DNA from: Treponemataceae bacterium
GTDB taxonomy: Bacteria; Spirochaetota; Spirochaetia; Treponematales; Rectinemataceae
Reading direction: 5' to 3'
DNA: 64,000 bases
Assembly: GCA_963667725.2 (NCBI GenBank)
Contig: CAXXHO010000007.1
Span: 1-64,000 of the forward strand
The position numbers and the translations under genes were made by a program. Numbering within the stretch: the stretch's first letter is position 1; the number at the start of each line of letters is the position of its first letter. Under the pieces are notes generated by a model that was not told the origin of the DNA, did no database searches, and was given only the letters and a program-made list of their open reading frames with translations. Positions 49,900-59,417 of the stretch are shown piece by piece.

Positions 49900-50702
49900 A
49901 TGAGTTTATATAAATATCGAGCGGTTGGGGACTTGGCTTCTGGAGACATTGATCCGCATTAGCTACCTTACTTTCAAAAGGTGAAATATATTTTTCTAGT
50001 CCTAAAGAATTTAATGATCCGTTTGATTGTTTATTTTCTTTTTACAAAAATGTAACTAATATTGAAATAATTAAACACTTAAGGAGTATTTTAGTACCAG
50101 AGTCTGAAATACAATATTTATTAACTAATCATGGTCTAGCAAAACTAAAAGATAAAGTAATTGAGAAGAATGAAAATGCTGATCTTTTACGAATATTTAG
50201 TCTGGCTAAAAATTGCTTAAATACTTTACTTTGGTCTCATTACTCACAAAATCATTATGGTATATGTATAGGCTTTAAGACTTATAACTATAATAATACA
50301 GAGCATTTATATATAACACGTAATCAAATAGATGTTAATTTACCTGAATATCCAAATAACCTAGTACCCGCAGTTAAGGTAAATTACACTAGTGAAAGAC
50401 CTGAAGCATTTAGTATTATTTTAAAAGAATCCGATGATCTTAAGAAAGTATTTTTAACAAAAGATATATGTTGGGAATATGAAGAAGAAAGAAGAATTAT
50501 TGTTCCAAGTAAATATATTAAGAGAAATCCTATTCATATAAATCGATCTCAAATTGAAGAAATTATCTTTGGATTGAGAACACCAAAAATATTTGAGGAC
50601 AAAATCATAAGTATAGTAAGCGATATTAAGGATATAAAGATATATAAAGTTAAAATAAAGAATGGATCATTTAAATTAATTAAGCAAAAATATACTGCCT
50701 AA
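49900..50702 (+). pseudogene. Cassette 16: DUF2971-type protein with single frameshift near 49959
   Basis: MSLYKYR...DPH*; shifted frame gives IYFSSPKEFNDPFDC, LWSHYSQNHYGICIGF, TKDICWEYEEERR open to TAA 50702; absent from ORF track. Confidence 0.8.
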
Positions 50703-50820
50703 CACATGCTTCAACCTTATAAATCCTTTGTCATGGTTTGTGCAAGAAAAGAAGAGCACAAACCACGCCAATCCTTCGCTTCGCTCAGGCGCGGATTTAA
50801 AGGTTAAGCTAATGTTAGAA
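50697..50820 (+). repeat. attC 16
   Basis: GCCTAAC...GTTAGAA. Confidence 0.92.
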
Positions 50821-50978
50821 AGGCTAGGAATAATATCAATATTTAAGTACCTAAAGTAAAGCAGCAATACGCTTTGGCATAATTGCGAAAGCAGAATTAG
50901 AATTGTTTCGCATTACGTTTTGACGGTATCATACTATTGGGTAGTAATACGGTAGAATAATCGTGGTGGAGGATAAAT

Positions 50979-51350
50979 ATGAAGTTTTGTTGGGTAACAA
51001 TCAATGTCAAGAATATGCAGGAATCTTTAGAATTTTATAAGGAAGTAGTTGGCCTTAAGGTTTATAGGATGATGAATCCTACGAAAGGAACTGAAATCGT
51101 ATTTTTAGGTGAGGGTGAAACGAAAGTGGAATTAATTAAGAATGATAGAAATATGAATCCAGAATACGGAAGAGATATATCATTAGGATTTGAAGTAGAA
51201 TCTATAGAAAAAGAAATGGAAAGGATAAAGGGCAAAGGAATAATTGAGATACAGGGACCATATCAACCAAGCCCAATGATTAAGTTTATCTATATTACTG
51301 ATCCTAATGGAGTAAAGATCCAATTAGTCGAAAATATACAGAACAAGTAA
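50979..51350 (+). CDS. Cassette 17: VOC/glyoxalase-family protein
   Basis: VKNMQESLEFYKEVVGL, TDPNGVKIQL. Confidence 0.88.
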   Translation: MKFCWVTINVKNMQESLEFYKEVVGLKVYRMMNPTKGTEIVFLGEGETKVELIKNDRNMNPEYGRDISLGFEVESIEKEMERIKGKGIIEIQGPYQPSPMIKFIYITDPNGVKIQLVENIQNK

Positions 51351-51359
51351 AAGTGAGCT

Positions 51360-51470
51360 TTCTAACACTCGCTTCAACCTGACTCGGCTATTGTCACAGT
51401 TTGTGCTATCGGGCTGCGCCCGGCACAAACTGCGCCAATGTATGCCTCGCAGGTTAAGCTAATGTTATGT
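51360..51470 (+). repeat. attC 17
   Basis: TTCTAAC...GTTATGT. Confidence 0.9.
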
Positions 51471-51534
51471 TGACGCTTCGCGCAGAGGAAATAATAACTG
51501 AATATCAAATTCTACTACTAAAGGAATACTGCTT

Positions 51535-52071
51535 ATGAAAAGTATAAGAATACTATGGGGATTAGTAATATCCCTAATCCTTTTTGGGTGTGAAGTGCCA
51601 ACAGGACTTATCTTAGGAAGTACAAACAATTATGGTAGTGGAGTAGCACAAGATACATTGATTATGAAAGCAGATTCTACAGAAACAAGGATTTCATCAA
51701 TAACGAATGATGAATGCGTACTTAGTAATAATAAAGTAGGCAAACAAGTAAGAAGCATATATATAGGGACCGAGAAGAGTCTTATATTAATAAAAACTAA
51801 TACTAGTAAGAGCCTACTTATTGGAGGGGATCAACCTATAAAAACAACATTTGGGTGGATTCCGGTAAAAGAACTAGAAGTAGGTGCGCTTGTATACTGT
51901 ATAAATGGTCTTGAAATGGTCGTGCAAATAAATGTACAGACATATAATTCTAGAACGTATAATGTAGCATTTGATGAAGAAATAGGGATATATGGGAATG
52001 GGATACTGATAGGGGATTATACTATGATGCGGCGCATGAAATATGACCAAGTAATTTATACTGATCGATAG
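51535..52071 (+). CDS. Cassette 18: lipoprotein with degenerate Hint-like domain
   Basis: LFGC lipobox; GVAQDTLIMKAD, GWIPVKELEVG, TYN...YGNGILIGD. Confidence 0.65.
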   Translation: MKSIRILWGLVISLILFGCEVPTGLILGSTNNYGSGVAQDTLIMKADSTETRISSITNDECVLSNNKVGKQVRSIYIGTEKSLILIKTNTSKSLLIGGDQPIKTTFGWIPVKELEVGALVYCINGLEMVVQINVQTYNSRTYNVAFDEEIGIYGNGILIGDYTMMRRMKYDQVIYTDR

Positions 52072-52129
52072 GGAAAAAGTAATTAAATATATAAAATACT
52101 TATAGATCAAAGAAAGGAAAGTAGAAGAA

Positions 52130-52243
52130 ACATAACACTCGCTTCAACCCGACTCGGCTACTGTCACGGTTTGTGCAGCTCACTACGTTCGCAAGCCACA
52201 AACCGCGCCAGTTGACGCCTCGCAGGTTAAGCAAATGTTAGAA
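52130..52243 (+). repeat. attC 18
   Basis: ACATAAC...GTTAGAA. Confidence 0.9.
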
Positions 52244-52289
52244 GGACGCCTCCGGCGCCGGACCTTAAGAATCTATATTGGAGCGTGTT

Positions 52290-52823
52290 ATGCATATCAA
52301 GAAAATTGTTGGCGACAAATGCTACCTTTCTCCAATTGATCTCGAAGACACTAATCTCTATCTCGAATGGCTCAACTGTGAGGATGTTTATAAATACCTC
52401 CTTGTAGGAACAAGCGTACTTACTTATGAAACCGAGAAAGAAGCCTTGATTAGGCTTTCAAAAGAGCATGTGTATGGCATTATAGATAAAGAAACTGCTA
52501 CTTTAATCGGCAATGTTGGGCTAATGAGTGTCAATCACATTCATAAAACGGCAGAAGTAGGAATCTTCATTGGGAATCAAGACTATTGGGGCAAAGGGTA
52601 TGGGACTGAAGCATTAAGACTTCTTGTAGATTTTGCCTTTAGAATACTAGGGCTCGAGAACATAATGTTGAAGACGTATGATTATAATGTGAGAGCACAA
52701 AAGAGCTATAAGAAAGTAGGGTTTAAAGTGATGGGTGTAAGAAGGAGCTCACACTATTATAATAATGAAAGGCATGATGATATTTATATGGATATAGTAA
52801 AAGAAGACTTTTATAGGCAATAA
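52290..52823 (+). CDS. Cassette 19: RimJ/RimL-type GNAT
   Basis: YWGKGYGTEA, NVRAQKSYKKVGF. Confidence 0.88.
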   Translation: MHIKKIVGDKCYLSPIDLEDTNLYLEWLNCEDVYKYLLVGTSVLTYETEKEALIRLSKEHVYGIIDKETATLIGNVGLMSVNHIHKTAEVGIFIGNQDYWGKGYGTEALRLLVDFAFRILGLENIMLKTYDYNVRAQKSYKKVGFKVMGVRRSSHYYNNERHDDIYMDIVKEDFYRQ

Positions 52824-52835
52824 GGAAGAGGAAGC

Positions 52836-52949
52836 TTCTAACACTCGCTTCAACCTGACTCGGCTACTGTCACGGTTTGTGCAGCTCACTACGTTCGCAA
52901 GCCACAAACCGCGCCAGTTGACGCCTCGCAGGTTAAGCAAATGTTAGCC
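52836..52949 (+). repeat. attC 19
   Basis: TTCTAAC...GTTAGCC. Confidence 0.9.
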
Positions 52950-52970
52950 ATATTAAGTTAAAATCAAGGC

Positions 52971-53813
52971 GTGAACATGCAATTTGAACAATTATACAAA
53001 TTATCAAGAAGGCCGAAGCTTTACGAGTTAGGCAACTCAATTATGTGGACGGATCCGTATATATCAAAACAGCTTCTTGAATGTCATCTCAATCCAAATA
53101 ATGATATGGCGAGTAGAAGTAATGATAAAATCAACCTTGTAATAGATTGGATTGAGCAACATACAAATAAAGAAAAAATGGATATTCTTGATCTTGGATG
53201 TGGTCCCGGACTTTATGCAGAAAAGTTCGCAAGCCATGGCCATAAAGTTTCTGGTGTAGACTTTTCAAGCAACTCTATAGCGTATGCGAAAAAAGCTACA
53301 TTGCTGAACAAGACAAATATTAGCTATTACTGTAAGAACTACTTGGATATCGATTTCAAAGAGGCTTTTGATCTAGTTATACTGATCTACCTTGATTTTT
53401 GTGTTCTTAATGTTCATGAACGTAAAGTAGTAATAGAAAATGTATATAGATCACTAAGAGATGGCGGAGTCTTTATATTTGATGTAGTGAATAGCAACAA
53501 CATAGAAGATAAAGTACTAAAACAATCATGGGATATAAGTAAAAAAGGCTTTTGGAGTGATAAGCCATATATTGTCATGAATAATGGCTATAATTATAAA
53601 GATGATAAAGTATTGCTAAACCAGCATATTGTCATTACGGAAGATGAGGCTGTAAAGACATATCATTTCTGGAGCACATATTATGATTATGAAGATATCG
53701 TTCCATCACTAAAAGACAGTCGTTATAAAAGTATTGAAAGTTATAATAACGTGCTTCCAAAGACTGATGCTTGGACAGGAGATAACATTTCATTCTATAT
53801 AGCAAGGAAATAG
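52971..53813 (+). CDS. Cassette 20: methyltransferase, duplicate of cassette 9
   Basis: One aa difference (I/T) from 44118-44960. Confidence 0.88.
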   Translation: MNMQFEQLYKLSRRPKLYELGNSIMWTDPYISKQLLECHLNPNNDMASRSNDKINLVIDWIEQHTNKEKMDILDLGCGPGLYAEKFASHGHKVSGVDFSSNSIAYAKKATLLNKTNISYYCKNYLDIDFKEAFDLVILIYLDFCVLNVHERKVVIENVYRSLRDGGVFIFDVVNSNNIEDKVLKQSWDISKKGFWSDKPYIVMNNGYNYKDDKVLLNQHIVITEDEAVKTYHFWSTYYDYEDIVPSLKDSRYKSIESYNNVLPKTDAWTGDNISFYIARK

Positions 53814-53824
53814 TAAAAAGAAAT

Positions 53825-53950
53825 GGCTAACAAATGCTTCAACCTGATAATTGCTTTTGTCACAGTTCTTGCAGTCGCTTCGCTCGGCAAGAACTGCGCC
53901 AATCCTTCGCTTCGCTCAGGCCGCAATTACAGGTTAAGCCAATGTTAGAC
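53825..53950 (+). repeat. attC 20
   Basis: GGCTAAC...GTTAGAC. Confidence 0.92.
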
Positions 53951-54026
53951 AGACGCGCTTCGCGCGCGCAAAATAAAGTCATATAGTTTAATAAGTTAAG
54001 TTGAAATAGTAAGTTTTTTAACTTTC

Positions 54027-54063
54027 TTGACAATTTGCTTCAATATGAATACAATTGAAGCAA
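54027..54063 (+). promoter_or_regulatory. TA promoter with operator
   Basis: TTGACA-N17-TACAAT; IR TTGCTTCAAT...ATTGAAGCAA. Confidence 0.8.
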
Positions 54064-54074
54064 GAGGTGTTTGT

Positions 54075-54308
54075 ATGGCAAAAACTATTACTGTACGGCT
54101 AGAGGAAGCTACTTACGATATATTCAAAAAAGCTGCTGAAGGCCAAAAGAGGACTATATCTAACTATCTCGAGTATGCCGCTCTTAACTTCACTGTTAAT
54201 GAATCCATAGTTGATGATGAAGAAATGAAAGAGATACTTTCCTTTGAGAAAGATCTTAAGAAAGGCCTTAAAGACATTTCCGCAGGAAGGTATAAAGTAA
54301 TTGCCTAA
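54075..54308 (+). CDS. Cassette 21: ribbon-helix-helix antitoxin
   Basis: MAKTITVRL...RTISNYL; overlaps RelE-like toxin. Confidence 0.8.
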   Translation: MAKTITVRLEEATYDIFKKAAEGQKRTISNYLEYAALNFTVNESIVDDEEMKEILSFEKDLKKGLKDISAGRYKVIA

Positions 54309-54570
54309 ATATAAAATTGCTGAGACTGAGACTTTTGAGAAAAAGATCAATACTCAGAAGTACAAGTTCTTATATAAGAAAATTAGGGAATACATTTATC
54401 CTATATTGAGAGAGAATCCGTACTTTGGGCCAAATATTAAGAAGCTTAAGAGTGAATATAAAGAATTGTATCGGTATAGAATTGGAGACTATAGGCTATT
54501 TTATAAAGTATCTGAAGAAACAGTAATAATATTTATAATTGATATAGAGAATAGAAAAGACGCTTATTAG
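54301..54570 (+). CDS. relE: Cassette 21: RelE/StbE-family toxin
   Basis: NIKKLK, YRYRIGDYRLFY, RKDAY. Confidence 0.85.
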   Translation: MPKYKIAETETFEKKINTQKYKFLYKKIREYIYPILRENPYFGPNIKKLKSEYKELYRYRIGDYRLFYKVSEETVIIFIIDIENRKDAY

Positions 54571-54580
54571 TGAAAAAATT

Positions 54581-54712
54581 GTCTAACAAATGCTTCAACC
54601 TGATAATTGCTTTTGTCACACTTTTTGCAGTCGTCGCTTCGCTCCTTGGCAAAAAGTGCGCCAATCCTTCGCTTCGCTCAAGCCGCAATTACAGGTTAAG
54701 CTAATGTTAGCT
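54581..54712 (+). repeat. attC 21
   Basis: GTCTAAC...GTTAGCT. Confidence 0.9.
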
Positions 54713-54743
54713 GGACGCCTCCGGCGCCCCGGAATCGAAGAAT

Positions 54744-54772
54744 TTGACAATCCTTATCGATAGTGTTATAGT
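54744..54772 (+). promoter_or_regulatory. TA promoter
   Basis: TTGACA-N17-TATAGT with extended TG. Confidence 0.75.
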
Positions 54773-54790
54773 AAGACATGGGGGCTATCG

Positions 54791-54997
54791 ATGAAAACTA
54801 TCACTATATCAAGCAAATATCAAGTTGTTATACCTAAAGAAATAAGAGAAACTATAGGGCTGCATGTAGGTGCAAAACTTGAGATCATTACCTATGGATC
54901 AAGAATTGAACTTGTCCCTATTCAATCTATGAAGAAACTCAAAGGGGCTTTCAAGGGAATCGATACTAATGTTCAAAGAGAAGAAGACAGAATATGA
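54791..54997 (+). CDS. Cassette 22: AbrB/MazE-type antitoxin
   Basis: ISSKYQVVIPKEIRE. Confidence 0.85.
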   Translation: MKTITISSKYQVVIPKEIRETIGLHVGAKLEIITYGSRIELVPIQSMKKLKGAFKGIDTNVQREEDRI

Positions 54998-55368
54998 ACA
55001 TTGTAGATTCATCATGTTGGCTAGAGTATTTTGCAGGAAGCCGTGTAGGAGATGAAGTATCATCAGTTATAGAAGATACGGATCATCTCCTGGTTCCTTC
55101 AATCATTGTCTATGAAGTGTTCAAAAAGCTCATACTTGAATTGGATGAAGATAAGGCAATATATGCAGTAGCCCATATGAAACAAGGGCATATAGTGAAT
55201 CTTGATACTGACTTAGCAATCTACGCAGCAAAAATTGGCAAAGACAATAAGCTTGCTATGGCAGATAGTATAATCTACGCGATAACAAAAAAGTATAATG
55301 CTTTATTATGGACACAAGACAAACACTTCAAGGATTTGAAGTCAATCAAGTATTTTGAAAAGAAATAG
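54994..55368 (+). CDS. vapC: Cassette 22: PIN-domain toxin
   Basis: IVDSSCWLEY, YEV, MADSII, TQDKHF. Confidence 0.88.
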   Translation: MNIVDSSCWLEYFAGSRVGDEVSSVIEDTDHLLVPSIIVYEVFKKLILELDEDKAIYAVAHMKQGHIVNLDTDLAIYAAKIGKDNKLAMADSIIYAITKKYNALLWTQDKHFKDLKSIKYFEKK

Positions 55369-55479
55369 CTAACACCTGCTTCAACCCTATAACGCTATTG
55401 TCACGGTTTGTGCAATTCGCTTCGCTCGCAAGCACAAACCGCGCCAGCTTACGCCTCGCAGGTTAAGCTAATGTTAGGT
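55367..55479 (+). repeat. attC 22 (chimeric arms)
   Basis: AGCTAAC...GTTAGGT. Confidence 0.88.
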
Positions 55480-55520
55480 GGACGCGCTAACGCGCGCGCA
55501 AAATCGCGATCCTGTAAAGC

Positions 55521-55549
55521 TTTACAAATGCTTCAGTGGTGTGTATACT
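55521..55549 (+). promoter_or_regulatory. TA promoter
   Basis: TTTACA-N17-TATACT. Confidence 0.7.
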
Positions 55550-55582
55550 ATTACTAGATAGTACACATTGTGGAGGTTCTGT

Positions 55583-55774
55583 ATGAGAACTAATGTTGTA
55601 ATTGATGATAAATTAATGAATAAGGCAAAGAAGGTCTCTGGCTTGAAAACCAAAAAGGAAACTATTGAAGAGGCTCTTAAGCTTTTGGTAGCTCAAAAGG
55701 AGCAATCAGAGATCAGAAAGCTTCGTGGAAAGCTCAAATGGGAAGGTAACCTTGAAGAGATGAGGCTAGACTGA
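55583..55774 (+). CDS. vapB: Cassette 23: VapB-type antitoxin
   Basis: MRTNVVIDDKLM...TKKETIEEAL. Confidence 0.85.
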   Translation: MRTNVVIDDKLMNKAKKVSGLKTKKETIEEALKLLVAQKEQSEIRKLRGKLKWEGNLEEMRLD

Positions 55775-56166
55775 TGATAATAGCAGATACTTCAGTCTGG
55801 ATTGATTACGTTCGAGGCATTAAGTCAGAACAGACAGATTTACTCGATTATGAGTTGCTCAATGATAGGGTAGCGACAGGAGATATTATAATTGTTGAGT
55901 TTCTTCAAGGATTTCGAGAAGATAAAGATCTAAAAATAGCAAAAGGGATAATGGATCGACTTGAATACTATGACTTTCTTGGGAGAGAGATGGCTTTTAT
56001 AGTGTCAGAAAACTATAGAAAGTTAAGGAGACATGGAGTAACTGTAAGAAAGACCATAGATGTAATAATCGCAAGCTTTTGTATCGAGAAGGGATTTGAG
56101 CTATTACATAATGATCGAGACTTTGATCCAATGGAAAAGTACTTAGGTTTAAAAGTAAAAAGATAA
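55774..56166 (+). CDS. vapC: Cassette 23: PIN-domain toxin
   Basis: IADTSVWID, EFLQG, TIDVII, HNDRDF. Confidence 0.88.
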   Translation: MIIADTSVWIDYVRGIKSEQTDLLDYELLNDRVATGDIIIVEFLQGFREDKDLKIAKGIMDRLEYYDFLGREMAFIVSENYRKLRRHGVTVRKTIDVIIASFCIEKGFELLHNDRDFDPMEKYLGLKVKR

Positions 56167-56170
56167 AATC

Positions 56171-56292
56171 AGCTAACACCTGCTTCAACCATATAAACCC
56201 TTTGTCATGGTTTGTGCAAGAAAGAAGAGCACAAACCACGCCAAGCCTTCGCTTCGCTCAGGCCGCAATTACAGGTTAAGCTAATGTTAGAT
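56171..56292 (+). repeat. attC 23 (chimeric arms)
   Basis: AGCTAAC...GTTAGAT. Confidence 0.88.
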
Positions 56293-56416
56293 TCACGCTG
56301 CGCGAGCGGAAAAAGATACATGTTAATCTTTTTATTGCCAATGTTAAGTTGATCCTTCAAAAAATAATATCAAGACTAAAAGTTTTTAGAGTCTTTATTT
56401 TAAATAAGGGACAATT

Positions 56417-56914
56417 ATGGAATATTGGGATGTATTGGATTCAAATAGAAATAAAACTGGAAAAGTTATTCTTCGTGGTGAAGCATTCAAAGAGAATGAA
56501 TATCATCTAATTGTACATGTATGGATAAAGAATTCAAAGAATGAATTTGTAATTTCAAAAAGAAAGAAAGATAAATATCCGTACCCTGGGTTATGGGAAT
56601 GTACAGGTGGTTCGGCTGTATCAGGAGATGATAGCTTAGAAACTGCTTTGAAAGAAGTAAAAGAAGAATTAGGAATTGATTTGGATAAAGAAAGAGGAAA
56701 GATCATATATCAATATAAAGGTGATAATGGCTTTAGTCCGCATTTTGTAGATGTATGGGTCTTTAATCAAGAAGTAGATAAAATGGCAATACAATGTCAA
56801 GAATCTGAAGTTGAAGAAGCAAGAATAGCATCACGAGAAGAAGTACTAGAACTTATAAAGGATAATAAGTTCGTACCTGATTGTAGACTATATATAGATA
56901 AGGTAGTTAATTAA
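56417..56914 (+). CDS. Cassette 24: NUDIX hydrolase
   Basis: GGSAVSGDDSLETALKEVKEELG. Confidence 0.88.
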   Translation: MEYWDVLDSNRNKTGKVILRGEAFKENEYHLIVHVWIKNSKNEFVISKRKKDKYPYPGLWECTGGSAVSGDDSLETALKEVKEELGIDLDKERGKIIYQYKGDNGFSPHFVDVWVFNQEVDKMAIQCQESEVEEARIASREEVLELIKDNKFVPDCRLYIDKVVN

Positions 56915-56921
56915 AGAGGAA

Positions 56922-57034
56922 ATCTAACACATGCTTCAACCCTATAACGTTATTGTCACGGTTTGTGCAACTCGCTTTGCTCGCAAGCACAAACCGCGCC
57001 AATGTACGCGTTAATGGTTAAGCTAATGTTGGAC
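56922..57034 (+). repeat. attC 24
   Basis: ATCTAAC...GTTGGAC. Confidence 0.9.
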
Positions 57035-57067
57035 GGACGCGCTTAACGCGCGCCCTAGGAGCTTGAA

Positions 57068-57616
57068 ATGATCATTAAAGAGTTAAGCCTAATTACAATG
57101 TCTGATTGGTTTGATTTCTTTGATAATCGGGCATTTTTAGATCATGAAGATTGGAATGGCTGCTATTGTACTGCTTTCTATTACCCAAAACCAAAGGAGT
57201 ATGTAAATCTATCAGATAGAAGAAAAGAATATGCCAAATGGCTAATAGAAACGGGCAGGATGAAGGGATACTTGGCATATGATGAAGAGAAAGTAATAGG
57301 CTGGGTAAATGCTAATGAAAAGAAGAACTATCCAAGGCTAGAAGATATCTATGATGCTTCCGAGAAAGTACTATCGATCGTTTGCTTTATAGTTCAAAAA
57401 GAGTACAGAAGAAAAGGTATAGCAAAGCAACTACTAAGTAGAATTGATGAAGATGCAAAAGGAAAAGGATATCTAGTTATAGAGGCATATCCAAAGAAGA
57501 GATCAAAATCAGAATTCGGAATCTGGAATGGTCCCTATGAAATGTATGTTAAGGCAGGATTTAGTGATTATAAAATTGGGAAAGTTAATGTAGTTAGGAA
57601 GTACATAGGCAGTTAA
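57068..57616 (+). CDS. Cassette 25: GNAT acetyltransferase
   Basis: GCYC, IVCFIV, YRRKGIA, IEAYP. Confidence 0.85.
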   Translation: MIIKELSLITMSDWFDFFDNRAFLDHEDWNGCYCTAFYYPKPKEYVNLSDRRKEYAKWLIETGRMKGYLAYDEEKVIGWVNANEKKNYPRLEDIYDASEKVLSIVCFIVQKEYRRKGIAKQLLSRIDEDAKGKGYLVIEAYPKKRSKSEFGIWNGPYEMYVKAGFSDYKIGKVNVVRKYIGS

Positions 57617-57624
57617 ATAGGGTC

Positions 57625-57758
57625 GTCCAACAACTGCTTCAACCTGATAGTTGCTTTTGAAACACTTTTTGCAGTCGTCGCTTCGCTCCTTGGCAAAAAG
57701 TGCGCCAATCATTCGCTTCGCTCAGGCGCGGATTTAAAAGTTTAAGCTAATGTTAGGC
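57625..57758 (+). repeat. attC 25 (chimeric, mutated L box)
   Basis: GTCCAAC...GTTAGGC. Confidence 0.85.
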
Positions 57759-57796
57759 GGACCCTGCTATCGCAGGGCAATCTATAGAGAGTTCAT

Positions 57797-57961
57797 ATGG
57801 GTAAGATAAATAAAGAGTGGCATGAAAAGAATAAGATGCCTCAGAATGCTTCAGATGAGCAAAGAATAGCATGGCATTTAGCTCATTCGCAGAATTGTGC
57901 TTGTAGAAAAATTCCTAAAGGTATAATTAACCTTATGAAAGAAAAGCATTTATCAGTTTAG
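57797..57961 (+). CDS. Cassette 26 ORF1: 54-aa His/Cys-containing small protein
   Basis: MGKINKEWHEKNKMPQNASDEQRIAWHLAHSQNCACRKIP...; below ORF-track cutoff. Confidence 0.65.
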   Translation: MGKINKEWHEKNKMPQNASDEQRIAWHLAHSQNCACRKIPKGIINLMKEKHLSV

Positions 57962-57974
57962 AAAGATAATAGAC

Positions 57975-58502
57975 ATGAATAGAAAACCATTATTCTTTAT
58001 CTTCTCTGGATTGCCTGGAGTAGGGAAGACAACGCTTTCTAAAGCTCTTGCTATTCAGTATCATGCAGCTTTCTTTAGAATTGATACCATAGAACATGGT
58101 ATCAAAGAGTTGTGTAACTTTTCTGTACAAAGTGAAGGCTATAGATTAACTGAAAAGATAGTTAAGGATAATCTTCTTATTGGGAGTAATGTTGTTATTG
58201 ATTGCTGTAATCCTTATGAGTTCATACGAAAAGAGTGGAGCGATCTAGGGTTAGAATGTAATGCAGAAAATATAAGAATTGAAATAGTATGTACTGATAA
58301 GAAAGAACATAAAGAGCGAGTAGGGAAACGAGAGAGTGATATACAAGGGTTTGAAGTACCATCATGGGAAGAAGTAGAAGCTAGGGAGTACGAGGCATGG
58401 GAGATTGATGTAATAAGGGTTGAGACATCAGGGAGAAGTGAAGAAGAGAGCATTAAAGAGCTTATAAATATGGTTAAAATGAAGGTAAAAGATTTCGCCT
58501 AA
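57975..58502 (+). CDS. Cassette 26 ORF2: P-loop kinase (AAA_33-like)
   Basis: SGLPGVGKTT, RIDTIE. Confidence 0.85.
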   Translation: MNRKPLFFIFSGLPGVGKTTLSKALAIQYHAAFFRIDTIEHGIKELCNFSVQSEGYRLTEKIVKDNLLIGSNVVIDCCNPYEFIRKEWSDLGLECNAENIRIEIVCTDKKEHKERVGKRESDIQGFEVPSWEEVEAREYEAWEIDVIRVETSGRSEEESIKELINMVKMKVKDFA

Positions 58503-58603
58503 CAAAAGCTTCAACCTTAAAAATCCTTTGGCATGGTTTGTGCAAGAACTCCCATGCACAAACCGCGCCAATGTACGCGTTAATGGTTAAGCTAATGTTA
58601 GAT
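58497..58603 (+). repeat. attC 26 (chimeric arms)
   Basis: GCCTAAC...GTTAGAT. Confidence 0.88.
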
Positions 58604-58619
58604 TTATTTAGGAGAACAT

Positions 58620-59285
58620 GTGAAGCAAGATGATATATTAGCTCGTGTGAAAGAATTTACGGAAGTGTCTTTTCTCGATCATAGATATTCTTCATTTGAT
58701 TATTGTTACAATTATTTTAGAGAAAATGAAAATAATAAAATTCTTGAAGATATGGAAAAATCATGTGCGATTTTAGGATTCTATTTAGCTAGTTGGGGTA
58801 TGTACCGTGGTTCTAGTTTCCTATTGCAGAAGAGCTATAGATATTTTATTGATTTAGTAAATTATATAGCTAGTGTTGATAGAGCAATATGGAAAATTAA
58901 GCCTGATAAATTCATAGATAAAGAAAGTCAAGAATTGATATTGGAAATATATAAAAAGGTTAAAGAGAATATAATTAAAGATGAAAATCAAGAAAGGGTA
59001 CTTATAACAAAAATAATGCTTGGAGTGTTTGGAGTAATTCCTGCATTTGATACCTATTTTTGTAAAGCTTTTAAAGAGATAGAGCCTAAAACTTCTCGAT
59101 TTACTAAAGTAAATGAAGATTCTCTTAGTGTAATCGGAAGATTCTATATTGAAAATGAATATGATATAGTTAGTTTATCTAAAGAGATAAAAACAAATGA
59201 CTTTATTACCGGAAAAGAAAGATATCAATATACAAATGCAAAAATTATAGATATGTATGGATTTGTAAAAGGAACAAAAATCTAA
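58620..59285 (+). CDS. Cassette 27: hypothetical protein
   Basis: GFYLASWGMYRGSSFLLQ, ITKIMLGVFGVIPAFD. Confidence 0.75.
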   Translation: MKQDDILARVKEFTEVSFLDHRYSSFDYCYNYFRENENNKILEDMEKSCAILGFYLASWGMYRGSSFLLQKSYRYFIDLVNYIASVDRAIWKIKPDKFIDKESQELILEIYKKVKENIIKDENQERVLITKIMLGVFGVIPAFDTYFCKAFKEIEPKTSRFTKVNEDSLSVIGRFYIENEYDIVSLSKEIKTNDFITGKERYQYTNAKIIDMYGFVKGTKI

Positions 59286-59389
59286 CAACTGCTTCAACCT
59301 GATAATATGGCCTATCACGGTTCTTGCAGCGCTCCGCGCTTGGCAAGAACTACGCCAGTCTCATTTTAAAGGTTAAGCGTATGTTAGCC
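59280..59389 (+). repeat. attC 27
   Basis: ATCTAAC...GTTAGCC. Confidence 0.85.
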
Positions 59390-59417
59390 GGACGCAGCTT
59401 CGCTGCGCGGGATCAAA

